Shown: in pieces, positions 1 to 12,152 of the stretch
Layout: each line of letters opens with the position of its first letter
How positions within the stretch are numbered: the first letter of the stretch is position 1
Source of the DNA: Octopus vulgaris
Lineage: Eukaryota
Assembly: GCA_951406725.2 (NCBI GenBank)
Contig: OX597829.1
Location: forward strand, 22,258,001 to 22,322,000
Direction of reading: 5' to 3'
Length of the DNA: 64,000 nucleotides
Made by a program: the position numbers and the translations under genes
The notes under the pieces: model-generated
Databases searched by the model: none
What the model saw: only the letters and a program-made list of their open reading frames with translations
Told to the model about the DNA's origin: nothing

Positions 1-48
1 TCGACCACAACTGCTTAACCTCCCAAGCTAACCTGTCATATCTATCGA

Positions 49-96
<48 letters not shown>

Positions 97-934
97 ACTT
101 TGCCTTTGATCCTTTCGGGATCAAGCAGTGGGCTCAATATAATCGACTTACCCCGCCCGCTCCTCAATTTGTACCAAAATTTGAAACCGTTATTAAGGCG
201 GTGAGCTGGCAGAATCGTTAGCACGTCGTACAAAATGGTTAGTGGCATTTCTTCCGGCTCTTTACTTTCAGAGTTCAAACACCGCCGAGGTCTGCTCTAC
301 CTTTCATGTTATTTGTGGGGGGTCGAGCAAAATTAGTCTCAGTTGACCATTTGGGGGATGGGAGGTTTTCGGCTTTCCTTCCCCTCAAAATCGCCTTGTG
401 CCAAAATTAAAAAACATTATTATTGAGTGAAAGAGCAGTGCATGCCACTGTGGTACAAATATATGAGGCTCAATATACCCAGCATGACTGCATGTCTGAT
501 AAGGGTACACCAGGCACATGAATCACAACCATGTGTGCATGACCATGCAGGTGGGACCCACTTAGAATTTCTTTTCAAGTTGAGTAGCCCATTCTGCTCA
601 AAAGGTTCCCAAATATGGTTTGTTTAAGGATGTTGAACAAAGCACCCATGTTTCCAGAGGTGATATTTGAAATGGTTCATCATAACACTTCTTGAGCTGT
701 TTCCCCCCAAATATAAACTGTATAATGGAATCTAAAGTGTTAATTTTAATCCATAATTCAGTTAAGAAAAGAGAAGAAAAAAACCTATAATCTCAGTTCA
801 TTTATTAATCTAATCTCTCCACCTAAAACCAGTTGGGCTACTTCATGGATGCTTTAAATCTTTTAGGTAAATGCTCTGAAAACTAAGCATAAACTACCGC
901 CTTCTGTTAAGATAATAAAGCAGTACTTTGTATA

Positions 935-1310
935 TACTCTTTTACTTGTTTCAGTCATTTGACTGTGGCCATGCTGGAGCACCACCTTTAGTTGAGCGAA
1001 TTGACCCCAACACTTATTCTTTGTAAGCCTAGTACTTATTCTATCAGTCTCTTTTGCCGAACCGCTAAGTTGCGCGGACGTAAACACACCAGCATCAGTT
1101 GTCAAGCGATGTTGGGAGTTTAAACACAGACACACATACATATATACGATGGGCTTCTTTCAGTTTCCATCTACCAAATCCACTCACAGGGCTTTGGTCG
1201 GTCCGAGGCTATAGTAGAAGACACTTGCCCAAAGTGCCACGTAGTGGGACTGAACCCTGAACCATGTGGTCGGTAAGCAAGCTACTTACCATACAGCTAC
1301 TCCTGCGCCT
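935..1310 (-). mobile_element. tRNA-derived SINE family 1 (CORE-like), full length
   Basis: Reverse complement of the copy at 44689-45094. It has a tRNA-like head, a TTGGGCAAGTGTCTTCT core and a GTAAAAGAGTA tail. Confidence 0.85.
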
Positions 1311-3266
1311 ATGTTAAGAAACGGTTCTTTTATGGGATTGGCAGATGCATGAACATCACTAATAGAAATCCAACATTGTGACATAATTCGATAGAAAATG
1401 GAATGGAATAAATTAAACTCTGTCATAATTATCTCTTGATAATGATGTTTATCACAGTTAGTAACATCTTATCTTGGGAAATTGTTGTCAGACATTCTGA
1501 CAAACAGCTTGTTTGCTATGAACTCATAATTTCACTTGATAATTATAATGCATATATATATATAGACGGATAGAAAGATATTCAGACAGGCAGACAAATT
1601 TAGTTCATAGGTAACTTTATTATCGCTTTGATTGAATCAGTGTGTCTGTGTGTGTATATAATCATCATTTTAGTGTCCACTTTTCCATGTTCACATAGGA
1701 TGCATGAAGTTGCTGAAGCAGATTTTCTATGGCCAGATGTCCTTCATGTTGCCAACCTTCAGCAGTTTCCAAGTAAGGAAACATCTACCCATGACCAGAC
1801 ATGTTTTCACGGATGATTGGAAACAAAGTACACCACTTGTACTACAGTGAAACTTTTGTGTGATGTCAAGACAAGGGGACAGTCACTCTCTTACGCACAA
1901 GCACGCACACACATGTATACAGTGGTCTTTCAGTCCCTGTCTACCAAATCCACAAGGCTTTTGAGAATGAATAGAAGACATTTGTCCAAGGTGCTATGCA
2001 ATGGGACTTAACCCAAAACCGTGTGGTTGAGAAGCAAACTTCTAACCACACAGCTACATCTGCACTTGTTGAACTATGATGTATTGAAGCCATTAGACTT
2101 GGATATATTTTTTTTAAGTTCTAACAAAACCAAGTATGGGTTTTTGATTTTTATTAATAAATTAATTTCGCTTTTGTTGATGATTTACTCCTGCTTATTA
2201 GAAAGTTGAAGCTATTTTTAGCTAAGAATGATAAATACACATATAAACTATGAGTGTAATTATATATAAAACTGATTTTGTCCATGCCATTTCTTTCATT
2301 AACCATATTTACACTATCAACTTGTTTACAATTTAAAACACACAGTCAAATTCTGTAGAAATATCAGCTGAATTATTTTGTTTCTCTTTACAAAACATCA
2401 AGGTGATTACAACCAGCTGTTTGCTTGTATATGGTTCTATATATTGTTGTGTTGGATAAGGTCATTGCAGTCATCATCATCGTTCTAATGTCCACTTTTT
2501 CATGTTTGCATGGGTCAGATGGAATTTGTTGTGGCAGATTTTCTAAAGCCAGATGCACTTCCTGTTGGCAACCTTTACCTGTTTCCAATTAAGATGCATC
2601 CCCCCCCCCCTGGCTAAACCTGTTTTTTACAGTGGTTGACTGTAAATAAATATCATTTGTTTGAGGGTGATGCTTATTTATAACCTTCATATTATGTCAA
2701 GACATTGTTATGCACCATGCAACAAGCTCCTTTCAGTTTCTGTCCACCAAATCCACTCACAAGGCTTTGGCCAGCTCAGAGATAGAGAAGACATTTGTCC
2801 ATGGTGCTACACAGTGGGACTGAACCTGAAACCACATTGTTGAGCTAGTTTCTTAACCACACAGCCTCATCTGCACTTTATATTTCGTTCATTATATTAT
2901 TGTTTGGATAACTCATATAATTAAAAAATAGTATATTTAAAGAGTACATGTTTTATGGATGTGATATCAGGCCTCTGTACACGAGGTCACAACGAGATAG
3001 CAAAAGACTTAGATTTGTAATGAAATGCTGTTTTGTGTAGACTCTGTGAACCCTTGAAGAAAAAAGCATATCTCAAGCATAATTTCAAATATTAATTCTT
3101 TCAAGTTTAAATCCCAACAATGTTTAGTTTTGAGAAGGGGTGCTTCTTTTTATTATTTTTTTTTTCTCCTTTTTAAAGTTGCTGATTTACAAGACTATAA
3201 GATTTATTTTAAGATTCAGTTTCTCTGTGCAACTTTTAAAGTAAATTTCGTTTTGCTATTTTCCAG

Positions 3267-3459
3267 GCTTGTTCTCAGTACTTGAAGCTTGCCCAAAACC
3301 TTGGCAAGCGATGGCAAAAATTACTGCAGAATGAACACGAGCAGAGACTTAAGCTAGAGGAGATGGTGGAGCAACTAGCCAAACAACAGGCTTCATTGGA
3401 AAAGCAAGCACGCAAGTCCTTGCATGCTGTTAATTCTCCAATTATGGAGAATGATACAG
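3267..3459 (+). CDS. OSBP: OSBP exon A (first in window): coiled-coil/dimerisation region ACSQYLKLAQNLGKRWQKLLQNEHEQRLKLEEMVEQLAKQ...
   Basis: Acceptor ttccag at 3265-66 and donor GTAACA at 3460. The peptide resembles OSBP1 'ACRDFLMLAQTHSKKWQKSLQYERDQRIRLEETLEQLAKQ'. Phase 0 to 1. Confidence 0.92.
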
Positions 3460-3634
3460 GTAACAATGATTTTCATCATTCTTTTTAAATGTTATGTGTG
3501 TAGAAAGTTTCTTTTGGTGTCATGTTTATGTATATATATGTGTGTGTGCCGGTAAGAATTACCCCTTTGTTTACATTACCATCACATAGGTATCAATCAT
3601 TTTCGCATCCTAACCGATGCATCTATCTATACTC

Positions 3635-3685
3635 GCATTCTGAAGAGATTTACTTACTCCAGTAAATACAAGCGATCATAAATGC
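3635..3685 (+). ncRNA. Degenerate type I hammerhead relic
   Basis: GCATT-CTGAAGA-G-ATTTACT(tactcc)AGTAAAT-acaagc-GATC-ata-AATGC. Stems I and II are intact and the GAAA box is mutated. Confidence 0.45.
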
Positions 3686-4728
3686 CACCCTCATCTCTGC
3701 TTCTTACTTCTTTGTCACCTATTTAATTAAAGACATGCCAGTGTAAACCATGAGTTTCCCATTGTTGTTATATCCATTTTCTTCTCTTATATCATCATCA
3801 TCATTTAACGTCCGCTTTCCATGCTAGCAATGAAACCCCCTCCCCCTCTTCGGAGTTGGGGTAGCATATGGACCCTGATTGGTAACCATTTGTCCTAGAC
3901 TCACAATGGAGTGCTTCTCTTGCATTTGGAACGGCAGAACTGCAACACACACATGCACAAACATCTTAGACCTTCAGTGGGGTACTACTCTCACATGTGG
4001 AACAACACTGCTGCAACAAATACACAGATATCCAAGACCCTTGATAGAACATTCTTCCCACATCTGTGACCTTGTTAGTAATGTTACATTTGCAAAAATC
4101 TTGTCCTGACCGACTGACTTGGTGTTATTTACCAATACACTTAAACTACTGTTTTCTCATTCTGTCCTTTCTACTCTTTCTTTGGCGGCCTCTGTTCCTT
4201 GAACTTAGCTAGTAGTGCATTAGCACCACCATCACCCCCACCTTCTGATCCCATCCATCACTCCTCTCTTCAACACTACTGTCCCTCCACCCCTCCCTTG
4301 TTGCCTCCATCCATCTGGAATTCTTTTCCATTGTCAACTTGGAAGTTCTTTAAAATGAACTTTGATGTTTACAGTCTTCAGCATCGTAAGTTTTGTGTTT
4401 TTGATAAGTGCCAACACACAAAACTATCAGACCTTGAGTCACTCTGTTACTTCTACTAAATGACATATATATATATATATACATTTCTTTATTCTTTTAC
4501 TTGTTTCAGCTATTTGACTGTGGCCATGCTGCAGCACCAGTTGTTGTTGACACCTGACTAATTTTGATCTAGTAGATAACACACTGCATTATATTATTCT
4601 GTGTGTCCCTATCTTTATAATACGATAGCGACTTGAGATTTGGCTGAATGAGCATGTGTGTAAGAAGTCTTGTAGTAGTAGTTTGAGAGAAATTCATTTG
4701 TAAAACTCCTCAGTAAAGCCACCTTTAA

Positions 4729-4930
4729 CCCTTTAGCATTCAGATTACTCTGTCAAACATGATGCTTATTTATTCACATTGTTTTGAATTAATCAAGGTT
4801 TCAAAATGATGTGTTTGTATATTTTTAGAATGACATTGTAGGGTGGCTATGATTAGCTTGGTCTAGCTTATTTGAACACAAAGCAGATAGAATAATTGGG
4901 CCAGATATGGTCAGTTTAAAAACTAAACGG
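4729..4930 (+). mobile_element. piggyBac-like MITE family B (TTAA-CCCTTTAGCATT...AATGCTAAAGGG-TTAA); other copies at about 10420-10843, 18080-18272, 26790-26993, 31673-31889 and 40317-40539 (reverse)
   Basis: Shared ~205-bp body with TIRs and TTAA flanks. Confidence 0.8.
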
Positions 4931-5036
4931 TTAATTGTAGGTATGTGGTCATAAAGGAGTGGCTTGCTAAGTAAATTGTTTATTTACTTACCCTCATTGC
5001 TATTGTACTGGTTCAAGGTATTGTGGTATTGACGCT

Positions 5037-5246
5037 GGCGGCGAGCTGGCAGAAATGCTTAGCGGTATTTCGCCTGCGTTACGTTGTGAGTTCAAATTCC
5101 GCCGAGGTCGACTTTGCCTTTCATCCTTTCGGGGTCGATAAATTAAGTACCAGATACGCACTGGGGTCGATGTAATCGACTTAATACCTGTGTCTGTCCT
5201 TGTTTGTCCCCTCTGTGTTTAGCCCCTTGTGGGTAATAAAGAAATA
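5037..5246 (+). mobile_element. tRNA-derived SINE family 2 (central GCCTTTCATCCTTTCGGGGTCGATAAA domain, MetaSINE-like) with 15-bp TSD
   Basis: GGCGGCGAGCTGGCAGAA head, GAGTTCAAATTCC B-box, AATAAAGAAATA tail. TSD GGTATTGACGCTGGC at 5025-5039 and 5247-5261. The superfamily name is from memory and unverified. Confidence 0.85.
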
Positions 5247-5369
5247 GGTATTGACGCTGGCTTCTTCTGTTGCTCTCATTCTCTGTGAGTTGTTTTTAGC
5301 TGTGAGTGATATAAAGTTGCCTTTTCTAGAAGCAGAATGTGACCTGAGGTGACATTCTGCAGATATATT

Positions 5370-6588
5370 GGTTTCAAATTTAGGAACGAGGCCAGCAAGT
5401 TTGAGAGAGTGGGCTGGCTGGTCGATTACATTGACTGCCAGTGCTCAACTGGTACTTTATCGATCCCAAAAGGATGAAAGGCAAAGTTGATCTCAGTGGA
5501 ATTTGAACTCAGAACATAAAGACAGATGAAATGCTTTTAAGCATCTTGCCAGGTTGCTACCTTAATAATAATAATGATAATCATAATAATAATAATAATC
5601 TTTTCTACTCTAGGCACAAGGCCTGAAATATTTGGGGAGGGGGGGCCAGTCGATTATATCAACCCCAGTGCGTAACTGGTACTAAATTTATCGACCTCGA
5701 AAGGATGAAAGGCAAAATCAGTCTCAGTGGAATTTGAACTCAGAACATAAAGACAGATGAAATGCTGTTAAGCATCTTGCCAGGTTGCTACCTTAACCCT
5801 TTCGTTACCAACCCGGCTGAAACCGGCTCTGGTTCTGAGTACAAATGTTTTGTTTCCATAAGTTTTGAATTAAAATCTTCCACCAAACCTTAGTCACATT
5901 TTATGTTCCTAGCACTAGCTTAATGATAACCAAGTTATTTTACTAAATTCTTTGTTATATTTAAAGTAATTTAAAGAAACACAGAGCATTTCAAGATAAA
6001 TACAGTAACGAAAGGGTTAATAATAATAATAATAATTTTTACTCTAGGCACAAGGCCCAAAATTTTTTGGGAGGGAGTGGGTAGTTGATTAGATCGAACC
6101 ATGTTCAACTGGTACTTAATTTATCAACCCCAAAAGGATGAAAGGCAAAGTCGACCTTGGCAGAATTTGAACTCAGAATGTAGCAGCAGATGAAATACTG
6201 CTTAGCATTTTGTCCAGCCCGCTAACGATTCTGCCAGTTTGCTGCTTTATTCTGCAGATATGTTGTACGAACAAAGCTATTGAAGAAGCTTGAAATAGTA
6301 ACCAAATCTCTCCTTATACTACTATATGATATGAAGGGAGAACTGGAATGTTTTTTTATTTCTTTATTGCCCACAAGGGGCTACACACAGGGGACAAACA
6401 AGGACAGACAAAGGGATTAAGTCGATTACATCGACCCCAGTGCGTAACTGGTACTTAATTTATCGACCCCGAAAGGATGAAAGGCAAAGTCTACCTCGGT
6501 GGAATTTGAACTCAGCACGTAATAGCAGACGAAATACTGATAAGCATTTCGCCCGGCATGCTAACGTTTCTGCCAGCTCACCGCCTTC
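5370..6588 (-). mobile_element. Cluster of four SINE family 2 copies, partly separated by (AAT)n
   Basis: GGATGAAAGGCAAA..GAATTTGAACTCAG repeated at about 5470, 5700, 6135 and 6475. Confidence 0.85.
5797..6016. mobile_element. piggyBac-like MITE (TIR CCCTTTCGTTAC / GTAACGAAAGGG, TTAA TSD)
   Basis: Perfect 12-bp TIRs. TTAA at 5793-96 and 6017-20. Confidence 0.88.
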
Positions 6589-6690
6589 AATACTGTAATA
6601 TTTTCTGTTCAGGGATGTTCATAGGCATCAACTCCCATTACCTAAAGAGATACACTTATTATGTATTGAATGTTTCTTCATGTATATACA

Positions 6691-6723
<33 letters not shown>

Positions 6724-7947
6724 TTGGTACATGGAAGATGAAAGAAGCCTGTTTATACATACATGTATGTATAATTGTGTGCTTGCATGATAGTTATAAA
6801 CAAGCATAGCTGTCATACAATTGACAGCCCTTGTTTGCAATCATCTGTGAAAAGATCTCTGATCATAAGGAAATATTACTGTTTTTGGAAGCGGATGTGG
6901 ATTGACGACAAGAAGGACATCCACCCATAGATAATGTACCTGAAGGAATTCCATCATCCCTATGCAAGCATATAAAAGTAGATGTTAGAACTATTGCAAT
7001 GGTGGTGATAAAAGATGATGTTTCACAGACTCTGTTCCGTTTCCATCTACCAAATTCCACTCACCAAGTATTGGTCAACCTGAGGGCTAAAAGAGACAGC
7101 ACTTACCCAAGGTTCCACTCGGCAGGACTGAACATGGAAGTGTGGTTGCAAAGTAGAATTACTAACTATACAAACCTGTGTGAAGAGTGTGTGTATACAT
7201 ATGTTCACATACACATGTTTTGAAACATATGTACCATAAACCATTTACCATTTTTGTGGTGTGTCCCCACCACTTCCTTTGATGCCCTAAGCACATGCTT
7301 AGTTTGCTTAATGGTTAATTCAGCACTGCTCTTTCTACAAGCTATTCATATTTATTACTTCAACATATCCTTTTTCTCTTGTGACCTCCCTAGATCGCTT
7401 GTGTGCCAGTATTGCGAAATGGTTACACAATATGCCATTCTTACCTATTTCTTCCCTGCCAGTCAAACCTGGCCACTTCCTAGACAGTACTTATCCTGAA
7501 TTCTTTCCTGTTAACTAGGTTTACTCTAGTACTTCTTGATTTCAGTCTTTGCTTTCACATTTGGAATTTCCTCTCTAATCTCTTTGACAAATTTATCTAT
7601 GAGGATTGGGTCATCAGGCGATGGACTTCAGCCCTTCTATTATGACCTAGAGAACTGCGATAAATAAGGAGGTTGAGAACTGAGGTCTTGATGGTCACCC
7701 ACCTGTATAAGTTTTAGAGAAGGATCTAGTTGATTACTGTACGCATGCCAGATAGGTACATGCAAAATCTTCAAGAATTTCAAGTTTATTAACAATTTAT
7801 TCTACAGCAACATTGACGAACATCTAAATAGGTAATAAACAGCTCAAGGTAATGTGATATCTTGTGAAACTGAGGGGAAAGATAACAAATATGATCTAAA
7901 ACTGTGTGCATGCATGAGCCTTGCTGTGATTGGCTGCACACATACAT

Positions 7948-8515
7948 TCATCATCATCATCATTGTTTAACGTCCACTTTCCATGGGTTGGATGGTTTGA
8001 CTGAAATCTGGCAAGCCAGTGGGCTACATCAGTCTCCAATCTGATCTGGCAATTTTTCTAGAGCTGGATGCTCTTCCTAGCACCAACCACTCCAAGAATA
8101 TAGTGGGTACTTTTTATGTGCCACCAGCACAGGAGCTAGTCAGGGGGACACTGACACCAACCACATTCAGATGGTTCTTTTTACATGCCACCAGCATAGG
8201 AGCCAGCCAGGTGGCACTGGCATCAACCATGTTCAAATGGTGCTTTTTACACACCATCAGCATGGGACCCAGTCGGGGGCACTGACATCAACCACATTCG
8301 GATGATGCTTTTTACATGCCACCAGCACGGGAACCAGTCTGGGGGCACTGGCATTGACCATGTTTGGATGGTGCTTTTTACATACTACCAGCATGGGAAC
8401 CAGTCGGGGGCACTGATATCAACCACATTCGGATGATGCTTTTTACATGCCACCAGCACAGGAGCCAGTCAGGGGCCACTGGCTTCGACCACGTTTGGAT
8501 GGTGCTTTTTACATG
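7948..8515 (-). mobile_element. Family 3 retroelement fragment ((GAT)n tail) with ~60-bp internal tandem repeats
   Basis: CATCATCAT..TTTAACGTCC..GCTGGATGC..CCAACCACTCC, followed by about 7 copies of GGTGCTTTTTACATGCCACCAGCA. Confidence 0.75.
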
Positions 8516-11454
8516 AGCGCAGCTGATTTGCTACTGCTGTTGCTATGTATGCACCTACCAGCTAAGTATGCACAAGCAGTTAGGTTTAAGTTGCGTACTT
8601 AAGATGGAGATTGCTGTACATTGCCTCCCAGTGCTCAACTGGTACTTACTTTATTGACCCTGAATGAATGAAAGGCAAAGTTGATCTCGATGGAATTCAG
8701 ACTCAGAATTAAAAGAACCAGGAGAAATTTTGTTAAACTTTTTGTCCAGTGCAGTAATGATTCTACCAGCTCGCCATTTTCCACCCATTTGGAAGCATCC
8801 TTATTTCTAATGGAGCCATGTTATTTATGTATCTCAGGTCCAGGAGAGACTACTATTCCTGTTAATGGTGTTATTTTCTAGCTTGCAAAATATGTAGCCA
8901 TGCATGACTTTCTGCTGGTATGATGATTACTTCTTAAATTTTCTGTTCAAGTTGGTCAATCAAGTCGTCCTTTTAGTTCACATGGAATAGCTATACACTG
9001 AGAGCATCTGTTCAAGAGTTTTTCACCTGATATCATGATATTATTACCTTCACTGTTATGTACATATATATGGTATAACTTATTTCTCCCTGTACTGTTC
9101 AGTAGATGTTTTCTGTGTGATATGATGCGATATCCAAAAGCTTTCTATATTAACCTTGTGCCACTGCTGCCATTAAACAGATCTTGTTTGCATCACTGTT
9201 AATGTGCAAATTACCAGTAATTGTCCAGGGTGTGGGTCCCTTGCAAATGTTGGCACTGGCACTGTGAAAGCATTAGGAATATGGTCTTATTGAATACTGC
9301 CAGCTCTTATTTCTGTGATCTTCTGATGTATTTTTTCCTTACACTAGCTCAATGTTTCTCAGTCGTTTTTCTTTCTTCCTCTGGATCCTTTTGATTCAGA
9401 TGGACCCTCTTAACCATTAACTGTTTTTTAAAAAAAAAAACGTTTTTAGAATTAAATATTTTGTGTATTGTAGAAGTATACCTATTTCTTTACTACCCAC
9501 AAGGGGCCAAACACAGAGGGGACAAACAAGGACAGACAAAGGGATTAAGTCGATTACATCGACTCCAGTGCGTAACTGGTACTTAATTTATCGACCCCGA
9601 AAGGATGAAAGGCGGAATTTGAACTCAGAACGTAGCGGCAGACGAAATACTGCTAAGCATTTCACCCGGCGTGCTAATGATTCTGCCAGCTCAACCAATT
9701 TATTGGAGATAAATTCTAACAGCAAAATCTTATATATGGACCCCAAAAACCATAAGGACCCCAGTTGAGAACCACTGGTCTAGCTTTATTCAAAACACAA
9801 ACTTACACAATATTAACTTCAATTATCAGATATTTATAGCATTTCTGCTGGAGATAGGGGAGATTGAGAGATCATTGATACCCATATTCTTAGCCTACAT
9901 TGGCTACCAAATACGAACATTTATCCAGATGAAATTCACTTCTTATGTCCTCTGAGAATGTGACCAGTTCTCTCTTGGTGTTGCAACTATTAACTAGAAT
10001 CCATGGAAATGATGTAGGTGACATGAATTTTCCTCTTCTTTGTACAACCATTTAGGTAGCACTTTGCATTTCCTCAGTTGGCTTGACAAGGAGTTCAATT
10101 CTAAGATAAACAGCTTTATGGACAAACTGTCCTGGAATATTCCCATTCATAGCCTGCTTCTGTTTTTGCCTATAGCAAGTTGCTTCAGTTCTTTGCGATA
10201 CCTGCATGGACTACAGCAAGGCATAGTGGCTGCACTATACATGAGCAAAGAACAGCATCAAATATCTTATAGTCTAGCAATGTTGTTTGCTTCCTTAAGG
10301 GCAGCACTGTTAATGAAGTTATTTGACACAGATCGAAACTCATTTCTTTTTCCTTCCTGCTTGTTCATCATTCACCACATCATTTCTTTCACAGTATTTC
10401 TGGAGAAGCACATTGAATTCCCTTAGCATTGAGATTACTCTGTCAAATGTAATTTTATTTTTTTCCATTTTTTGGAAATTAACTGTGCATTTTCTCATAG
10501 CTTTGAGATTTCAATGATGCAACTGTATATTTTTAGAATGAAAAAAAAAAAAAAAAAAAAGCACCAACTGATCGTGGCTGATGCCAGACCCCTCTGGCAC
10601 CTGTGCAGGTGGCACGTAAAAAGCACCCACTACACTCGCGGAGTGGTTGGCGTTAGGAAGGGCATCCAGCTGTAGAAACACTGCCAGATCAGACTGGAGC
10701 CTGGAGCAGCCCCTGGCTCCCCAGACCCCGGTCGAACCGTCCAACCCGTGCTAGCGCAGAAAACGGACGTTAAACGATGATGATGATGATGATTGATGAT
10801 GATAATGTTTGGGTCAAATTTGGCTGGTTTAAATGCTAATGGGTTAAGTATACTAGGGGAATGGCAGTTTTTTTGTGGGGTTTTTTTGCCACACACATTT
10901 CTCGTTTTTAGGGACAAGTGTTACTCATTACTGCACTCAATCTGGTACATATTTTTCCCTCGCCTTCTGTCCCCTTTCTGCAGCAGAATACCAAAAGCTA
11001 CTCTGTAAAACATCAACTTCCTCTTCTGGAAGATGACATCTAGGAGAGACCAAATCACAGATATTGTGTTGTATAGCCAGCTGGAGACAACGATGTTTCC
11101 AGGGATTAAACAACAGTAATATTTGTATCAACTGGGACTGCCACATTATATTGGCAAATGATCTTTACTTAAAAGTACTGTTACTGAATGTCTCTTGTTG
11201 AGAGATTTAGAAATAATAATATTTCTTCCCCCCCTCCCAATTTTTTAATAACAAATGATAAGAGAGTCTCTGGTGATATCAAAGAGATCTTTGCATAGTA
11301 CTCACTTCAAGTTCATTTAACTGTACTGCGTCACTGTTAAGCTGCTTATTTACATTTTATATTCTTCCATTCTAGAATGACTTTAAACCATCCTGGGGGA
11401 AAACATCAATAACCTTGATAGTATGGCTTTTGATGCTACAATGTAAATAATAAT

Positions 11455-12152
11455 AATCTTTTCTACTCTAGGCACAAGGCCCAAAATTTGGGGGAAGGGG
11501 GCTAGTTGATTAGATTGACCCCAGTGCACAACTGGTACTTAATTTATCAGCCCAGAAAGGATGAAAGGCAAAGTCGACCTTGGTGGAATTTGAACTCAGA
11601 ACGTAAAGACAGATGAAATACTGCTAAACATTTCGCCTGGCATGCTAATGTTTCTTATTTCTTTACTGCCCACAAGGGTCTACACACACAGGGGACAAAC
11701 AAGGACAGACAAACAGATTAAGTCGATTATATAGATCCCAGTGCATAACTGGTACTTATTTAATTGACCCCGAAAGGATGAAAGGCAAAGTCAACCTCAG
11801 CAGAATTTGAACTTAGAATACAGCTGCAGACGAAATAACGCTAAGCATTTCACCCAGTGTGCTAACGTTTCTGCCAGCTCGCTGCCTTCTACAATGTACA
11901 ATTGGTGCATATAATGCAAACTAAGTTAATGTTGATGAAGGTGGCGAGCTGGCAGAATCATTAGCACACTGGGCAAAATGCCTAGTGGCATTTCATCCGT
12001 CTTCATGTTCTGAGTTCAAATTCCACTGAGGTCAGTTTTACCTTTCGTCCTTTCAGGGTCAATAAAACAAATATCAGTTGAACACTGGGGTTGATTTAAT
12101 CGACTTACTCCCACCCCCCAAAATTGCTGGCCTTGTGCTAAAATTTGAAATC
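11455..12152. mobile_element. SINE family 2 cluster: two - strand copies followed by a + strand copy (inverted pair)
   Basis: Family motifs at 11560 (-), 11775 (-) and 11940-12150 (+). Confidence 0.8.

Noticed and set aside
1-3266. Search for upstream OSBP exons (PH domain, ITSNAMIN segment)
   Set aside because: No matching coding segment was found, so the gene's 5' part is taken to be outside the window.
8100-8515. Regular ~60-bp repeats resembling a CRISPR array
   Set aside because: The context is eukaryotic, the 'spacers' are homologous to each other, and there are no cas genes. These are internal tandem repeats of a retroelement.
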